Assembly (NCBI GenBank): GCA_964203225.1
Contig: CAXNMK010000002.1
Coordinates: forward strand, 417,664 to 481,663
DNA: 64,000 bases
Origin: Kofleriaceae bacterium
GTDB taxonomy: Bacteria > Myxococcota_A > Polyangia > Haliangiales > Haliangiaceae
Direction of reading: 5' to 3'
The translations under genes were made by a program, and so were the position numbers. Under the pieces are notes generated by a model that was not told the origin of the DNA, searched no databases, and saw only the letters and a program-made list of their open reading frames with translations. Shown piece by piece: positions 1-9,712 of this stretch (position 1 is the first letter of the stretch; each line of letters opens with the position of its first letter).

Positions 1-1134
1 CGCGACGCACGCGACCATGAAGGCGTAGTTGACCTCGGGGATGTAGATCTGGCCCTCGTGCTTGTGCGAGGTGTGGATCACCGTTGCGCGGGGCAGGAAC
101 CCGAGCTGGACGGCCTGGTTGGTCAGCGAGAACGCGCCGGAGATCAGGGCCTGCGACGCGATGATCGCCGCCAGCGTGGCCAGGATGATCATCGGGATCA
201 AGAACGGGCCGTCGCTGTAGAGCGAGTAGAACGGGCTCTTGATGTACCCCTTGGTGCCGAGGAACAGCGCGCCCTGGCCGAGGTAGTTGAGGATCAGGCC
301 GGGGAACACGACGAAGCTCCACGCGATCCGGATCGGCGTCTTGCCGTAGTGGCCCATGTCCGCGTACAGCGCCTCGGCGCCGGTCACGCACAGCACCACC
401 GAGCCGAGCAGGAGGAAGCCGTTCCACCCGTGGTGGAGGAGGAAGTCGAAGCCGCGGAGCGGGTTGAGCGCGACCAGCACGTGCGGCTGCGCGATGATGT
501 GCGGGATGCCGCCGAGGCCGAGGGCGAAGAACCACGCGAGCATGATCCAGCCGAACACCGAGCCGATCCGCCCGGTTCCGTAGCGCTGGACCCAGAACAG
601 GCAGATCAGGATGGCGACCGAGATCGGGATGATCAAGTACTCGAGGCTCGGGCTCTGCTCGCCGAGCCCCTCGACCGCCGACAGCACGGAGATCGCGGGC
701 GTGATCAGGCCCTCGCCGTAGAGCAGGCCGGTGCCGAACAGCGCGAGGAGGATCGGGAACGCGATCTTCTTGGTGGTGTCCTTGAGCTTCTGCTGGACCA
801 GCGCGGCGAGCGCGAGCGTGCCGCCCTCACCCTTGTTGTCCGCGCGCAGCACGACCGCGAGGTACTTGATGATCACGACGATCATCAGCGACCAGAACAC
901 CAGCGACACGATGCCGAGCACGGCGTCGGGATCTGCCGGGTTCGCGTGGTGCTGCGCGTGCTGCGCGAAGCACTCCTTCATCGCATACAGCGGGGAGGTG
1001 CCGATGTCCCCGTACACGACGCCGAGGGCGCCGAGTGACAGCCACCCGAGCTCCTTCCGGGACTGCGGGGCCTTGTGGGAGGCGTGCGCCTCGGTCGTTC
1101 CAGTCGCGTCGGGTCGAGCTGTAGATTCGTTCAA
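1..1134 (-). CDS. kup: Kup/HAK/KT potassium uptake transporter, N-terminal part. The 3' end runs off the window start.
   Basis: The minus-strand translation gives ...LGALGVVYGDIGTSPLYAMKE... and ...GHYGKTPIRIAW..., which are hallmark Kup motifs. The frame stays open across the whole region. A TTG start at 1132-1134 was chosen by N-terminal spacing; no in-frame ATG or GTG lies nearby, so the start is uncertain. Confidence 0.8.
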   Translation of the reverse strand, partial: MNESTARPDATGTTEAHASHKAPQSRKELGWLSLGALGVVYGDIGTSPLYAMKECFAQHAQHHANPADPDAVLGIVSLVFWSLMIVVIIKYLAVVLRADNKGEGGTLALAALVQQKLKDTTKKIAFPILLALFGTGLLYGEGLITPAISVLSAVEGLGEQSPSLEYLIIPISVAILICLFWVQRYGTGRIGSVFGWIMLAWFFALGLGGIPHIIAQPHVLVALNPLRGFDFLLHHGWNGFLLLGSVVLCVTGAEALYADMGHYGKTPIRIAWSFVVFPGLILNYLGQGALFLGTKGYIKSPFYSLYSDGPFLIPMIILATLAAIIASQALISGAFSLTNQAVQLGFLPRATVIHTSHKHEGQIYIPEVNYAFMVACVA

Positions 1135-1249
1135 AGGTACGCCATGACGGCCAACCGCGGCCGCCCTCCTCGTATCACGTGTGATCCGCGGATCCAATCG
1201 ATCCACTGGGCGGTCAATGCCACGGCGCGGCCAATGGGCGGTCCCAGCC

Positions 1250-1278
1250 CGTTGACAGCCCCGGCCCTCGTCGGATAT
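1250..1278 (+). promoter_or_regulatory. Possible sigma-70 promoter for the liv operon.
   Basis: A TTGACA at 1250 is followed by a 17-nt spacer and then GATATC, about 40 nt upstream of the livJ-like start. This is sequence resemblance only. Confidence 0.2.
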
Positions 1279-1316
1279 CGGAACCCTCAGCCCCCGGGAA
1301 ACCACAGGAGAGTGCC

Positions 1317-2702
1317 GTGAATCTGAGCGCTTGGAACCAGTTTTCAGTCACCCGCCGCGCGGTCATCCAGCTCGCGGCGGTGGTCGGCACCCTCGGCTTC
1401 GCCACGCTCGGCCTCGCCGGCTGCGACAACCTCGGCGGCAAGAAGGACAAGGGTGGGGCGACCCAGACCGGCGCGGGACCGGCCGCGGCGCCGTCCACCG
1501 GGACGATCCTGATCGGCCACTACGCATCGCTGACGGGTGCGGAGGCCACGTTCGGCCGCTCGACCGACAACGGCCTGATGCTCGCCCTCGAGGAGCGCAA
1601 CGCGGCAGGCGGGGTCAAGGGGCGCAAGCTCGCGGTCAAGACGCTCGACGATGCGTCGAAGTCCAGCGAGGCCGGCAACGTCGTCCAGCGCCTGATCAGC
1701 GAGGACAAGGTCGTCGCGCTGATCGGCGAGGTCGCCTCGGGGAGCTCGCTCGCCGGCGGCAAGGTCGCGCAGCAGTTCGGCGTGCCGATGATCTCGCCGT
1801 CGTCGACCAACAAGAAGGTCACCGAGGGCCGGGACATGGTGTCCCGCGTCTGCTTCCTCGACGAGTTCCAGGGCTACGTCGTCGCGAAGTTCGCGCGCGA
1901 GAACCTCCAGGCCGACAAGGTCGCCATCCTGTTCGACCAGGCGGCGCCGTACTCCAAGGGCCTCGCCGAGGCGTTCGGCGCCGAGTTCAAGGGCCTCGGC
2001 GGCACGGTCGCCACCTCCCAGGCGTACACCGCCGGCGACGCCGACGTGTCCGCGCAGCTCCAGACCATCAAGACCAGCGGCGCCACCGCCGTGTTCCTCC
2101 CAGGTTACTACACCGACGTCGGCAACATCGTGCGCCAGGCGCGCAAGCTCGACATCGCGGTGCCATTCCTCGGCGGTGATGGCTGGGACTCCACGAAGCT
2201 CGCCGAGATCGGCGGCGACGCGATCGAGGGCAGCTACTACTCGAACCACTACTCGTTCGACGAGGCGCGCCCCGAGGTGAAGGAGTTCGTCACCAAGTAC
2301 GAGAACAAGTTCGGCGAGACGCCGGACGGGCTCGCGGCGCTCGGCTACGACGCCGCCCGCGTGATGTTCGAGGCGATGGACCGCGCGCCCTCCCTCGGCG
2401 GCAAGGACCTCGCCGCGGCGATCGCGGCCACCAGGGAGTTCGCGGGCGTGACCGGCAAGATCACCCTCGACGGCAATCGGGACGCTCAGAAGCAGGCCGT
2501 CGTCGTGCAGATGCGCGGCGGCAAGCCGCGTTACGTTGCGACGGTCGTGCCCAAGGGCTGGCCCGAGGCCGCGCCGGCGGGCGCGCGTCGGCGGCTGGCA
2601 GCGGCGCGCCGGCGGGCGCGGGATCGGCGGCCGGCAGCGGCGCGCCGGCGGGCTCGATGGACGGCTCGGCCGCCGCGGGCGCAACGACCAAGTAATCCGT
2701 GA
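1317..2702 (+). CDS. Branched-chain amino acid ABC transporter substrate-binding protein (LivJ/LivK family). It is a Tat-type signal lipoprotein with an unusual C-terminal tail.
   Basis: The GTG start is preceded by AGGAG. The N-terminus reads ...TRRAVIQLAAVVG...LAGC, a twin-arginine motif followed by a lipobox. The periplasmic binding fold runs to about aa 420. The last 40 aa are Arg-rich in this frame, whereas a +2 frame gives a Gly/Ser/Ala-rich linker, so the tail may be affected by an indel. Confidence 0.8.
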   Translation: MNLSAWNQFSVTRRAVIQLAAVVGTLGFATLGLAGCDNLGGKKDKGGATQTGAGPAAAPSTGTILIGHYASLTGAEATFGRSTDNGLMLALEERNAAGGVKGRKLAVKTLDDASKSSEAGNVVQRLISEDKVVALIGEVASGSSLAGGKVAQQFGVPMISPSSTNKKVTEGRDMVSRVCFLDEFQGYVVAKFARENLQADKVAILFDQAAPYSKGLAEAFGAEFKGLGGTVATSQAYTAGDADVSAQLQTIKTSGATAVFLPGYYTDVGNIVRQARKLDIAVPFLGGDGWDSTKLAEIGGDAIEGSYYSNHYSFDEARPEVKEFVTKYENKFGETPDGLAALGYDAARVMFEAMDRAPSLGGKDLAAAIAATREFAGVTGKITLDGNRDAQKQAVVVQMRGGKPRYVATVVPKGWPEAAPAGARRRLAAARRRARDRRPAAARRRARWTARPPRAQRPSNP

Positions 2703-3620
2703 CCAAGCTCCTCCAGACGCTGGTCAACTGCCTCGCGCTCGGCAGCCTGTATGCGCTGACCGCGCTCGGGCTACACGCTGGTCTACGGCGTCCTTCGCTT
2801 CATCAACTTCGCCCACTCCGACGTGTTCACCGTCGGCGCGTGGGTGTCGTTCGTTCTCGCCTCGGCGTTCGGATGGGCGATCACGGAGTCGCCGCTGTAC
2901 GCGATGCCGCTGGTGCTGCTGCTCGCGATGGCGGTGTGCGCGCTCCTCGGCATCACGATCGAGATGCTCGCGTACCGGCCGCTGCGGCGGGCGCCGCGCC
3001 TCAACGTCCTGATCACCGCGATCGGCGTGTCACTGTTCCTCCAGAACGTCGGCCAGCTCAGGTGGGTGTTCGGCGCGCAGCCGCAGCACATGCCGGCGCT
3101 GGTGATCGACCGCTCGCTCGCCGAGATCGCCGGGGTCCACATCCGGCTGGTCGACGTGATCGTCGTGCTGCTCACGGCGGTGCTGCTGTTCGGCCTCGAG
3201 CGGCTGATCTACCGGACCCGGCTCGGGCGCGCGATGCGCGCGGTGTCGTTCGACGAGCGCGTCGCGGCGCTGATGGGCATCAACGTCAACCGGATCATCA
3301 CGATCACGTTCGGCATCGGCTCGGCGCTCGCGGCCGCCGGCGGGCTCCTGTTCGCGCTCAAGTACGAGAGCATCAAGCAGGCGGCCGATGCCACGTGGGT
3401 GCTCCTCGGCCTCAAGGCGTTCGTGGCGGCGGTGGTCGGCGGCATCGGCAACGTGCGCGGCGCGGTCGCCGGGGCGCTGCTGATCGCGTTCGTCGAGATG
3501 TTCGGCGCGGCCTACTTCTCGCCGCACATGCGCGACCTCTACGTGTTCGTGATCCTCGGCGCCGTGCTGCTGTTCAAGCCGAGCGGCCTGTTCGGCAAGG
3601 CGATCGTGGAGAAGGTGTGA
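2699..3620 (+). CDS. livH: Branched-chain amino acid ABC permease LivH, interrupted by an apparent single-base frameshift near 2768.
   Basis: From 2699 the reading is MTKLLQTLVNCLALGSLYALTALG. A single-base frame change near 2768 (apparently an extra G) is then needed to continue with YTLVYGVLRFINFAHSDVFTVGAW... through to the stop at 3620. Both halves match LivH. Confidence 0.75.
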
Positions 3621-4918
3621 GCGCGCCCGTGACCGCCCCCGATCCCACTCGTCGCCTCGCCCAGCGCATCGGCGAGCTGCGGCCCAACCCGGTCGTCACC
3701 GCGCTGCGCTCGGCGTACCCGCTCGCGATCGGCCTCGCGATCGCGCTGCTGCTCCAGACCGCGCTGGCTCCGGCGCTCGGGCCGTTCTACGCCAAGCTCC
3801 TGCTCGACGTCGGCATCGCGATCGTCCTCGCGGGCTCGCTCAACATCGTCAACGGGTTCGCCGGCCAGTTCTCGATCGGCCACGCCGGCTTCATGATGGT
3901 CGGCGGGTACGGCGCCACGCTGATCACGTACTACGGTTCGATCAAGCTCGGCTGGATCGCCGACGGCGCCTACGGCGTCGACGTCCACGGCGGCTTCCTC
4001 GGCGGCGGCGATCTCCTGTTCCTCGGCGCGTGTGTGTTCGGCGGCACGGTCGCCGCGGTGGCCGGCCTGGTGGTCGGCCTGCCGTCGCTGCGCTTGCGCG
4101 GCGACTATCTCGCGATCGTGACGCTCGGGTTTGGCGAGATCGTGCGCGTGCTCGTCCAGCAGACCCCCGAGGTCCTCGACCCGAAGGCCGCGGCCGACGC
4201 GTCGTGGCTGTCCGTGCTGACCCACATCGGCGGGGCGCTCGGGTTCACGGGCACGCCGACGTACGTGTCGCCCACGCCATGGCTGACCGACGCCGCGGGC
4301 GAGCAGACCGGCCACGCTGGCATCTTCTTCACGTTCTCGATCGTCGCGGTCCTGCTGATCGTCTGCTACCGCCTCAAGCGCTCGAGCAAGGGCCGCGAGC
4401 TGCTCGCGGTGCGCGAGAACGAGATCGCGGCCGAGGCGATGGGCATCAACACCGCGCGCGCGAAGGTCGTCGCGTTCGTGACGGCGGCGTTCTTCGCCGG
4501 CGTCGGCGGGGCGCTGTTCGCGCACGAGGTCGGCGTCACGCTCAACCCCAAGGAGCTCGGCTTCCAGAAGTCGATCGATCTCGTGATCATGGTCGTCCTC
4601 GGCGGCATGGGCTCGATCACCGGCGTCGTGCTGGCCGCGAGCATCCTGACCCTGTTGCCGGAGCTGTTCCGCGAGTTCGCCGAGTACCGGATGCCGGTCT
4701 ACGCGCTCGCGCTGATCGTCGTGATGATCGTCCGGCCGCAGGGGCTGTTCGGCATCAAGGAGCTGTGGGACCTCGGATTCTGGCGCCGGTACGTGATCCC
4801 GGTGTGGCGCAAGCTCGCCGGCGGCTGGTTGATCCCGCGCCACGAGGCGGGCAGCCCGGCGGCGCTCGCGGCCGACGGCCCACAGGCCTCCACCTCGAAC
4901 GACGAGGATCACGCGTGA
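3617..4918 (+). CDS. livM: Branched-chain amino acid ABC permease LivM.
   Basis: The GTG start overlaps the livH stop (GTGTGA). The product is a 433-aa polytopic membrane protein with LivM-type motifs ([14 protein letters not shown]...GMGS). Confidence 0.85.
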   Translation: MSAPVTAPDPTRRLAQRIGELRPNPVVTALRSAYPLAIGLAIALLLQTALAPALGPFYAKLLLDVGIAIVLAGSLNIVNGFAGQFSIGHAGFMMVGGYGATLITYYGSIKLGWIADGAYGVDVHGGFLGGGDLLFLGACVFGGTVAAVAGLVVGLPSLRLRGDYLAIVTLGFGEIVRVLVQQTPEVLDPKAAADASWLSVLTHIGGALGFTGTPTYVSPTPWLTDAAGEQTGHAGIFFTFSIVAVLLIVCYRLKRSSKGRELLAVRENEIAAEAMGINTARAKVVAFVTAAFFAGVGGALFAHEVGVTLNPKELGFQKSIDLVIMVVLGGMGSITGVVLAASILTLLPELFREFAEYRMPVYALALIVVMIVRPQGLFGIKELWDLGFWRRYVIPVWRKLAGGWLIPRHEAGSPAALAADGPQASTSNDEDHA

Positions 4919-5709
4919 CCGCTCCCGCGCTCGAGGCCCGGGGGCTGTCCCTCGCGTTCGGTGGCCTCAAGGCCGTCGACGACTTCTCGATCTCGCTGCC
5001 GCCGCGCGCGCTGTCCGGGCTGATCGGCCCCAACGGCGCGGGCAAGACCACGGTGTTCAACCTGCTGACCGGCGTGTACCAGCCGGATCACGGCGACATC
5101 CTCCTCGGCGGGACGCGGCTCAACGGGGCGCGCCCCAGCGCGATCGCGCGGGCAGGCCTCGCGCGCACGTTCCAGAACATCCGCCTGTTCGGCGAGCTCA
5201 CGGTGCTCGACAACGTCCGCACCGCGGCGGGCGTCCGCGCGCGCAGTGGCCTGTTCCGCAGCCTGCTGCGCACGCCGCTGTACCTGGCCGAGGAGAGCGC
5301 GATCATCGAGCGATCGCTCGACCTGCTCGACGTCCTCGGCATCGCGCACCGCGCTGGCGAGCAGGCCAAGAGCCTGCCGTATGGCGACCAGCGCCGGCTC
5401 GAGATCGCGCGCGCGCTGGCCACCGAGCCGCGCGTGCTGCTGCTCGACGAGCCGGTCGCGGGCATGAACACGCAGGAGAAGCGGGAGATGCGCAGCCTGA
5501 TCGAGTCGCTGCGCAGCCGGTTCGAGGTCGCGATCCTGCTGATCGAGCACGACATGGGGCTCGTCATGGAGATCTGCGAGGACATCACGGTGCTCGATCA
5601 CGGCTGCACCATCGCGGCGGGCCGCCCCCAGAGCGTGCAGACCGACCCCAAGGTGATCGAGGCGTACCTCGGCGTGGCCGACGAGGCCGACGGCTCGGTG
5701 GTGAGCTGA
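4915..5709 (+). CDS. livG: Branched-chain amino acid ABC ATPase LivG.
   Basis: Walker [10 protein letters not shown], the ABC signature [15 protein letters not shown] and Walker B LLLDEP are present. The start overlaps the livM stop. Confidence 0.9.
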   Translation: MTAPALEARGLSLAFGGLKAVDDFSISLPPRALSGLIGPNGAGKTTVFNLLTGVYQPDHGDILLGGTRLNGARPSAIARAGLARTFQNIRLFGELTVLDNVRTAAGVRARSGLFRSLLRTPLYLAEESAIIERSLDLLDVLGIAHRAGEQAKSLPYGDQRRLEIARALATEPRVLLLDEPVAGMNTQEKREMRSLIESLRSRFEVAILLIEHDMGLVMEICEDITVLDHGCTIAAGRPQSVQTDPKVIEAYLGVADEADGSVVS

Positions 5710-6422
5710 TGGCGCTCCTCGAGGTCAAGGATCTCGATGTCCACTACGGGGGCATCCACGCGCTCAAGGGCGTGTCGTTCTCGGTGGAGCAGGGCCAGGT
5801 CGTCACGCTGATCGGCGCGAACGGCGCGGGCAAGACCACCACGCTGCGCGCGATCTCCGGGCTGGTGCGGCCGTCGCGCGGTGCGGTGATCTTCGACGGC
5901 GCTCCGATCACGCACCTGCCCCCGCACCAGATCGTCGCGCGCGGCCTGTGTCACGCGCCGGAGGGCCGCGGCATCTTCGCCAACCTCACGGTCGATGAGA
6001 ACCTCCAGATCGGCGCGTACCTCCGGACCGACACCGCCGGGATCGCGAAGGACCGGGAGCGAGCGCTCGAGCTGTTCCCACGGATCCGCGAGCGGCTCGG
6101 CCAGAACGCCGGCACCCTGTCCGGAGGCGAGCAGCAGATGCTCGCGATCGCGCGCGCCCTGATCGCGAAGCCCAAGCTGCTGCTCCTCGACGAGCCATCG
6201 CTCGGCCTCGCGCCGCAGATCGTCCAGCTGATCTTCAAGATCGTGAAGGCGATCGCCGCCGAGGGGACGACCATCCTCCTCGTCGAGCAGAACGCCCACC
6301 AGGCGCTCCGCGTGGCGCACACCGCCCACGTCCTCGAGGTCGGCGCGCTGGTCGCCTCGGGGCCCGCGGCCGAGCTCGCGCGCGACGACCAGATCCGCAG
6401 ATCGTACCTCGGCGTGCACTGA
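5709..6422 (+). CDS. livF: Branched-chain amino acid ABC ATPase LivF.
   Basis: Walker A GANGAGKTT, the signature LSGGEQQMLAIARAL and Walker B LLLDEPS are present. The ATG overlaps the livG stop. Confidence 0.9.
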   Translation: MALLEVKDLDVHYGGIHALKGVSFSVEQGQVVTLIGANGAGKTTTLRAISGLVRPSRGAVIFDGAPITHLPPHQIVARGLCHAPEGRGIFANLTVDENLQIGAYLRTDTAGIAKDRERALELFPRIRERLGQNAGTLSGGEQQMLAIARALIAKPKLLLLDEPSLGLAPQIVQLIFKIVKAIAAEGTTILLVEQNAHQALRVAHTAHVLEVGALVASGPAAELARDDQIRRSYLGVH

Positions 6423-6477
6423 GCGTCGCTGCGAGATGCGCTGGTGCAACAGACCATGACACCCGATCGCTTGAGCG

Positions 6478-6502
6478 TGACATCCTGCCGCGGCAGGATG
6501 TG
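6478..6502. promoter_or_regulatory. Perfect inverted repeat GACATCCTGCC-GC-GGCAGGATGTC overlapping the start codon of the next gene. It is a candidate operator.
   Basis: 11-bp perfect palindromic arms are seen in the sequence. No U-tract follows. Confidence 0.3.
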
Positions 6503-6967
6503 CGCTGCATGAACCGCCTCGCGCTCGTCTCCACCCTCCTCCTCCTCGCCGCCTGCGGTGGACCGTCCGCCCCCACGACCACGCCGGTCGAGGGCCCCGC
6601 CACCGCGGCGCTCCCGAATGTCCCGTTCGAGAAGCTGGACCACGACCAGCAGATCCAGTTCATGAAGGAGAAGGTCGTGCCGGCGATGAAGCCGCTGTTC
6701 CAGACGCACGACGCGGTCAAGTACGCCGAGTTCGGCTGCAAGACCTGCCACGGTGAGGGCGCCGAGAAGGGTGAGTTCGAGATGCCGAACGCGGGCCTGC
6801 CCACGCTCGACTTCGCCGACATGAGCAAGTTCAAGAAGGCGGACATCGAGTGGATGGGCACCGTGATCAAGCCCGGGATGGCGGCGCTCCTCGGTGAGTC
6901 CGAGTACACGCCGGAGAACCCGACCGGATTCGGCTGCCTGCACTGCCACACCGCCGTCGGTACGTGA
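6500..6967 (+). CDS. c-type cytochrome family lipoprotein with two CxxCH motifs.
   Basis: The signal and lipobox read MNRLALVSTLLLLAACGG. Two haem-binding motifs, CKTCHG and CLHCHT, are present. Confidence 0.6.
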   Translation: MRCMNRLALVSTLLLLAACGGPSAPTTTPVEGPATAALPNVPFEKLDHDQQIQFMKEKVVPAMKPLFQTHDAVKYAEFGCKTCHGEGAEKGEFEMPNAGLPTLDFADMSKFKKADIEWMGTVIKPGMAALLGESEYTPENPTGFGCLHCHTAVGT

Positions 6968-7165
6968 GCGATCTTTGGAGCGCCGCCCGGATGTGAAGCG
7001 GCCTGAGTCCCGTCACGATGCAGCGGGCGCCCACGCGCGCTGCCACCCCACGCGCGGCGCCGACCCGCGCACCAGGGGGCCAGGCGTCCTCCCGCGGCCG
7101 CGCGCCGTGACCTTGCTGTTGCGGCCTCGTGGGTTCACGACCGCAGAAACAACGGGAGCACGACC

Positions 7166-7504
7166 ATGGCCGACCACAACAAGGACCGACGCAACCAGGG
7201 CACGCCGCAGGGTGACCAGCAGCGCCAGCGCACCGGGCAAGATCCCGGCGCAGGCCAGGGGCAGGGGCAGAAGGGCGGCGTCCCCGGCAAGCAGCAGCCG
7301 GCCCCGGGGGGCGGCAAGGCGCCAATGAGCGGCGACAAGGCGCCGATGAGCAGTGGCAAGGTGCCGATGGGCGGCGGGCCCGCCAAGGCCGAGGACGTGG
7401 ACGAGGCCGAGATCGGGGGAGCGTCCGGCGACGTGGACATCGAGCTCGACGACGACCGGGTCACGCAGCGCAACCCGGCGCAGCGCGAGACCGAGCGCCG
7501 CTGA
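7166..7504 (+). CDS. Small hypothetical protein that is Gly/Gln/Lys-rich and looks intrinsically disordered.
   Basis: An ATG is preceded by GGGAGCA. The product is 112 aa with internal KAPMSGDKAPMSSGKVPMGG repeats and an acidic C-terminus. It is a low-complexity ORF in GC-rich DNA, so it is uncertain. Confidence 0.4.
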   Translation: MADHNKDRRNQGTPQGDQQRQRTGQDPGAGQGQGQKGGVPGKQQPAPGGGKAPMSGDKAPMSSGKVPMGGGPAKAEDVDEAEIGGASGDVDIELDDDRVTQRNPAQRETERR

Positions 7505-7516
7505 CCGCGGGCCCGG

Positions 7517-7993
7517 TCAGACCGCGACGTCGACCAGGGTCGGCGTCAGCACCCGGATCGCCTCGGCCGGGGCGATCTCGACGAGGAATCCGCGCGCGCC
7601 GCCGTTGATGAACATCCGCGGCAGGGCAGCGATCGTCTGCTGCAGGTAGACGGGCATCGCCCGGCGCAGCCCGAACGGGGACGTGCCGCCGACCTGGTAC
7701 CCGGAGTGGCGATCGGCCACCTCCGGCTTGCACGGGGCGGTGGTCTTCGCCCCGATCGCTCGCGCCAGGTTGTTCGTCGAGACCTCGCGATCGCCGTGCA
7801 TCAGGATGCACAGGGACCCGCGCCGGTCGTCCTCGAAGATCAGGGTCTTGATCACCTGGTGTTCGTCGACGCCCAGGGCCGCCGCGGAGGCCCGCGTGCC
7901 GCCGCCAGGACTCCAGGGGTAGACGTGGGGGGTGAACGGGACCCCGGCCGCCCGCAGGGCCCGGATCGCCATCGTGACGGGGTGCTTGGGCAC
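7517..7993 (-). CDS. ybaK: Cys-tRNA(Pro)/Cys-tRNA(Cys) deacylase YbaK.
   Basis: The product is 158 aa with a YbaK-type domain (...HQVIKTLIF...GGTSPFG...). Confidence 0.85.
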   Translation of the reverse strand: MPKHPVTMAIRALRAAGVPFTPHVYPWSPGGGTRASAAALGVDEHQVIKTLIFEDDRRGSLCILMHGDREVSTNNLARAIGAKTTAPCKPEVADRHSGYQVGGTSPFGLRRAMPVYLQQTIAALPRMFINGGARGFLVEIAPAEAIRVLTPTLVDVAV

Positions 7994-8026
7994 GGCGGGA
8001 TCATAGGGCTATAACCCGGCTCCCGC

Positions 8027-9064
8027 ATGCAGGCGCACGAGCTGTCAGCGCACGTCCATCACGAGGACGCCGACGACGAGGAGCACAACCGCGCCGGCGA
8101 GCGGCGGACCCGCTGGGTCGTCGCGATCAGCGTCCTCATGATGGTCGGCGAGCTGACCGTCGGCTGGTGGACCGGATCGATGGCCCTCACCGCCGATGGC
8201 TGGCACATGGGCACCCACGTCGGGGCCCTCGGCCTGACGCTGGTGGCCTACTGGTACGCCCGCACCCGCGCCGGCAACGACGCGTTCAGCTTCGGGACCG
8301 GCAAGGTGTACGCGCTCGCGGGCTTCACCAGCGGCGTGATGCTCGCGCTGGTCGCGCTGCTGATGAGCATCGAGAGCATCGAGCGACTGCTCGACCCCGC
8401 GGCGGTCGACTACCGCGAGGCGCTGCCGATCGCGGCGGTCGGGCTGGTCGTCAACCTGGCCTCGGCACTGCTACTCAGCAAGAACCATCACTACGGCCAC
8501 ATCCACGGCCATGACCACGACCACGCCCACGCCCACGGGGACGAGCACGCGGATCACGAGGCGGGTCCGCCCAAGCCGGGCACCCTGGACTTCAACATGC
8601 GGGCGGCGTTCATCCACGTCCTCGCCGATGCGATGACCTCCGTGATGGCGATCCTCGCGCTCGGCCTCGGCATGTGGGCCGGGCTGTGGTTCTTCGATCC
8701 GCTGATGGGCCTCGTCGGCGGCGTGGTGATCACGTGGTGGGCCGTCGGGCTGTGCCGGCAGGCCAGCGGGCAGCTGCTCGACGTGGTGTCCTCCACCAAG
8801 CACGAGCGCGTCGTGCGCAGCAAGCTCGAGGGCATCGACGATGTCCGGGTCGCGGACCTCCACGTCTGGGAACTCGGGCCCGGCCGGCGCAGCTGCATCG
8901 TGTCGATCGTGACGTCGACGCCACGCGCGGTGTCATACTACCGCGACACCGTGCTCGGCGCGCTCGCGCTCGCCCACCTGACGATCGAGATCCACCAGTG
9001 CGGTCTCCCCCACGAGGTGAGCACCCCCGCGGGGCACGACCACGGGCACGCCCACGACCCCTGA
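8027..9064 (+). CDS. Cation diffusion facilitator family metal efflux transporter (CzcD/ZitB-like).
   Basis: The N-terminus is His-rich. TM helices carry the HxxxD motif. A HGHDHDHAHAHGDEHADHE cytoplasmic loop and a C-terminal CDF domain are present. Confidence 0.85.
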   Translation: MQAHELSAHVHHEDADDEEHNRAGERRTRWVVAISVLMMVGELTVGWWTGSMALTADGWHMGTHVGALGLTLVAYWYARTRAGNDAFSFGTGKVYALAGFTSGVMLALVALLMSIESIERLLDPAAVDYREALPIAAVGLVVNLASALLLSKNHHYGHIHGHDHDHAHAHGDEHADHEAGPPKPGTLDFNMRAAFIHVLADAMTSVMAILALGLGMWAGLWFFDPLMGLVGGVVITWWAVGLCRQASGQLLDVVSSTKHERVVRSKLEGIDDVRVADLHVWELGPGRRSCIVSIVTSTPRAVSYYRDTVLGALALAHLTIEIHQCGLPHEVSTPAGHDHGHAHDP

Positions 9065-9073
9065 CCTGCGCGG

Positions 9074-9544
9074 TCAGCGGCGTGACACGGGCGGCGGCAC
9101 CGCGGGGCGCCGGGTACGCGCGATCGGCGACGCGGGCGCGGCGCAGACCACGGCGGCCTCGGTGGTCGCCATCGCCACCTGGGGCGCGCCGGTGCCGCGT
9201 GCGATCCGGCCGCGGGGCACGGCCAGCGACCGATGGTTGATCACGGGCGCGAGGCCCGGCGGCAGGCGGGACGGGACGCGCTCGAACGTGGCGTGGGCGG
9301 GGCGGATCGTGGGCAGGATCGTGGCGGGGGCCGGAGCGCCGGCGGCGGCTGGCGCCGGGTGGGCGATCGGCGGGGCCAGGCTGACCACGTGCGCGGCGGC
9401 GGGCAGGGGCATCCAGGTCAGGCTGGCGCGCGGCACCAGGACCATGGGCCGCGCGGCGCGGGTGGGGCCGTAGAGCAGGAACACGATCCCGCCCGCGACC
9501 AGCAGCAGCACGCCCAGGAGCAGGTGAATCAGCACGAGCCCCAT
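9074..9544 (-). CDS. Hypothetical membrane-anchored Pro/Ala-rich protein.
   Basis: It has an N-terminal TM helix (LIHLLLGVLLLVAGGIVFLLY) and lies immediately downstream of the FHA regulator on the same strand. The remainder is low complexity. Confidence 0.35.
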   Translation of the reverse strand: MGLVLIHLLLGVLLLVAGGIVFLLYGPTRAARPMVLVPRASLTWMPLPAAAHVVSLAPPIAHPAPAAAGAPAPATILPTIRPAHATFERVPSRLPPGLAPVINHRSLAVPRGRIARGTGAPQVAMATTEAAVVCAAPASPIARTRRPAVPPPVSRR

Positions 9545-9712
9545 TTGTGCAACGGCCGGGCCTCGGCGCGCGGCGGGGCCCGGTGCGCCGAACTTCGCGC
9601 CGCGCCTGGGTTTGCGGTCGCGCGAGGTGGTGGGCCTCGGCGTCCCCGGTGGGTGCGGCCCCAGGCACGTGGGGTGAGGAGTCCTGCGCGGGGCCGACGG
9701 CCCACGCGGGCG

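Noticed and set aside
1344-2684. 446-aa minus-strand ORF antisense to the livJ-like gene. Similar long antisense or off-frame ORFs include 3539..4912, 8730..10394, 9233..11056, 11580..12779, 12609..13976, 13777..15648, 17315..18862, 17476..19092, 28988..32503, 37175..40384, 41530..43629 and 45162..46787.
   Set aside because: They are Arg/Ala/Gly/Pro-rich low-complexity translations that fully overlap well-conserved genes on the opposite strand or in another frame. This is a typical stop-codon-poor artefact of DNA above 70% GC.
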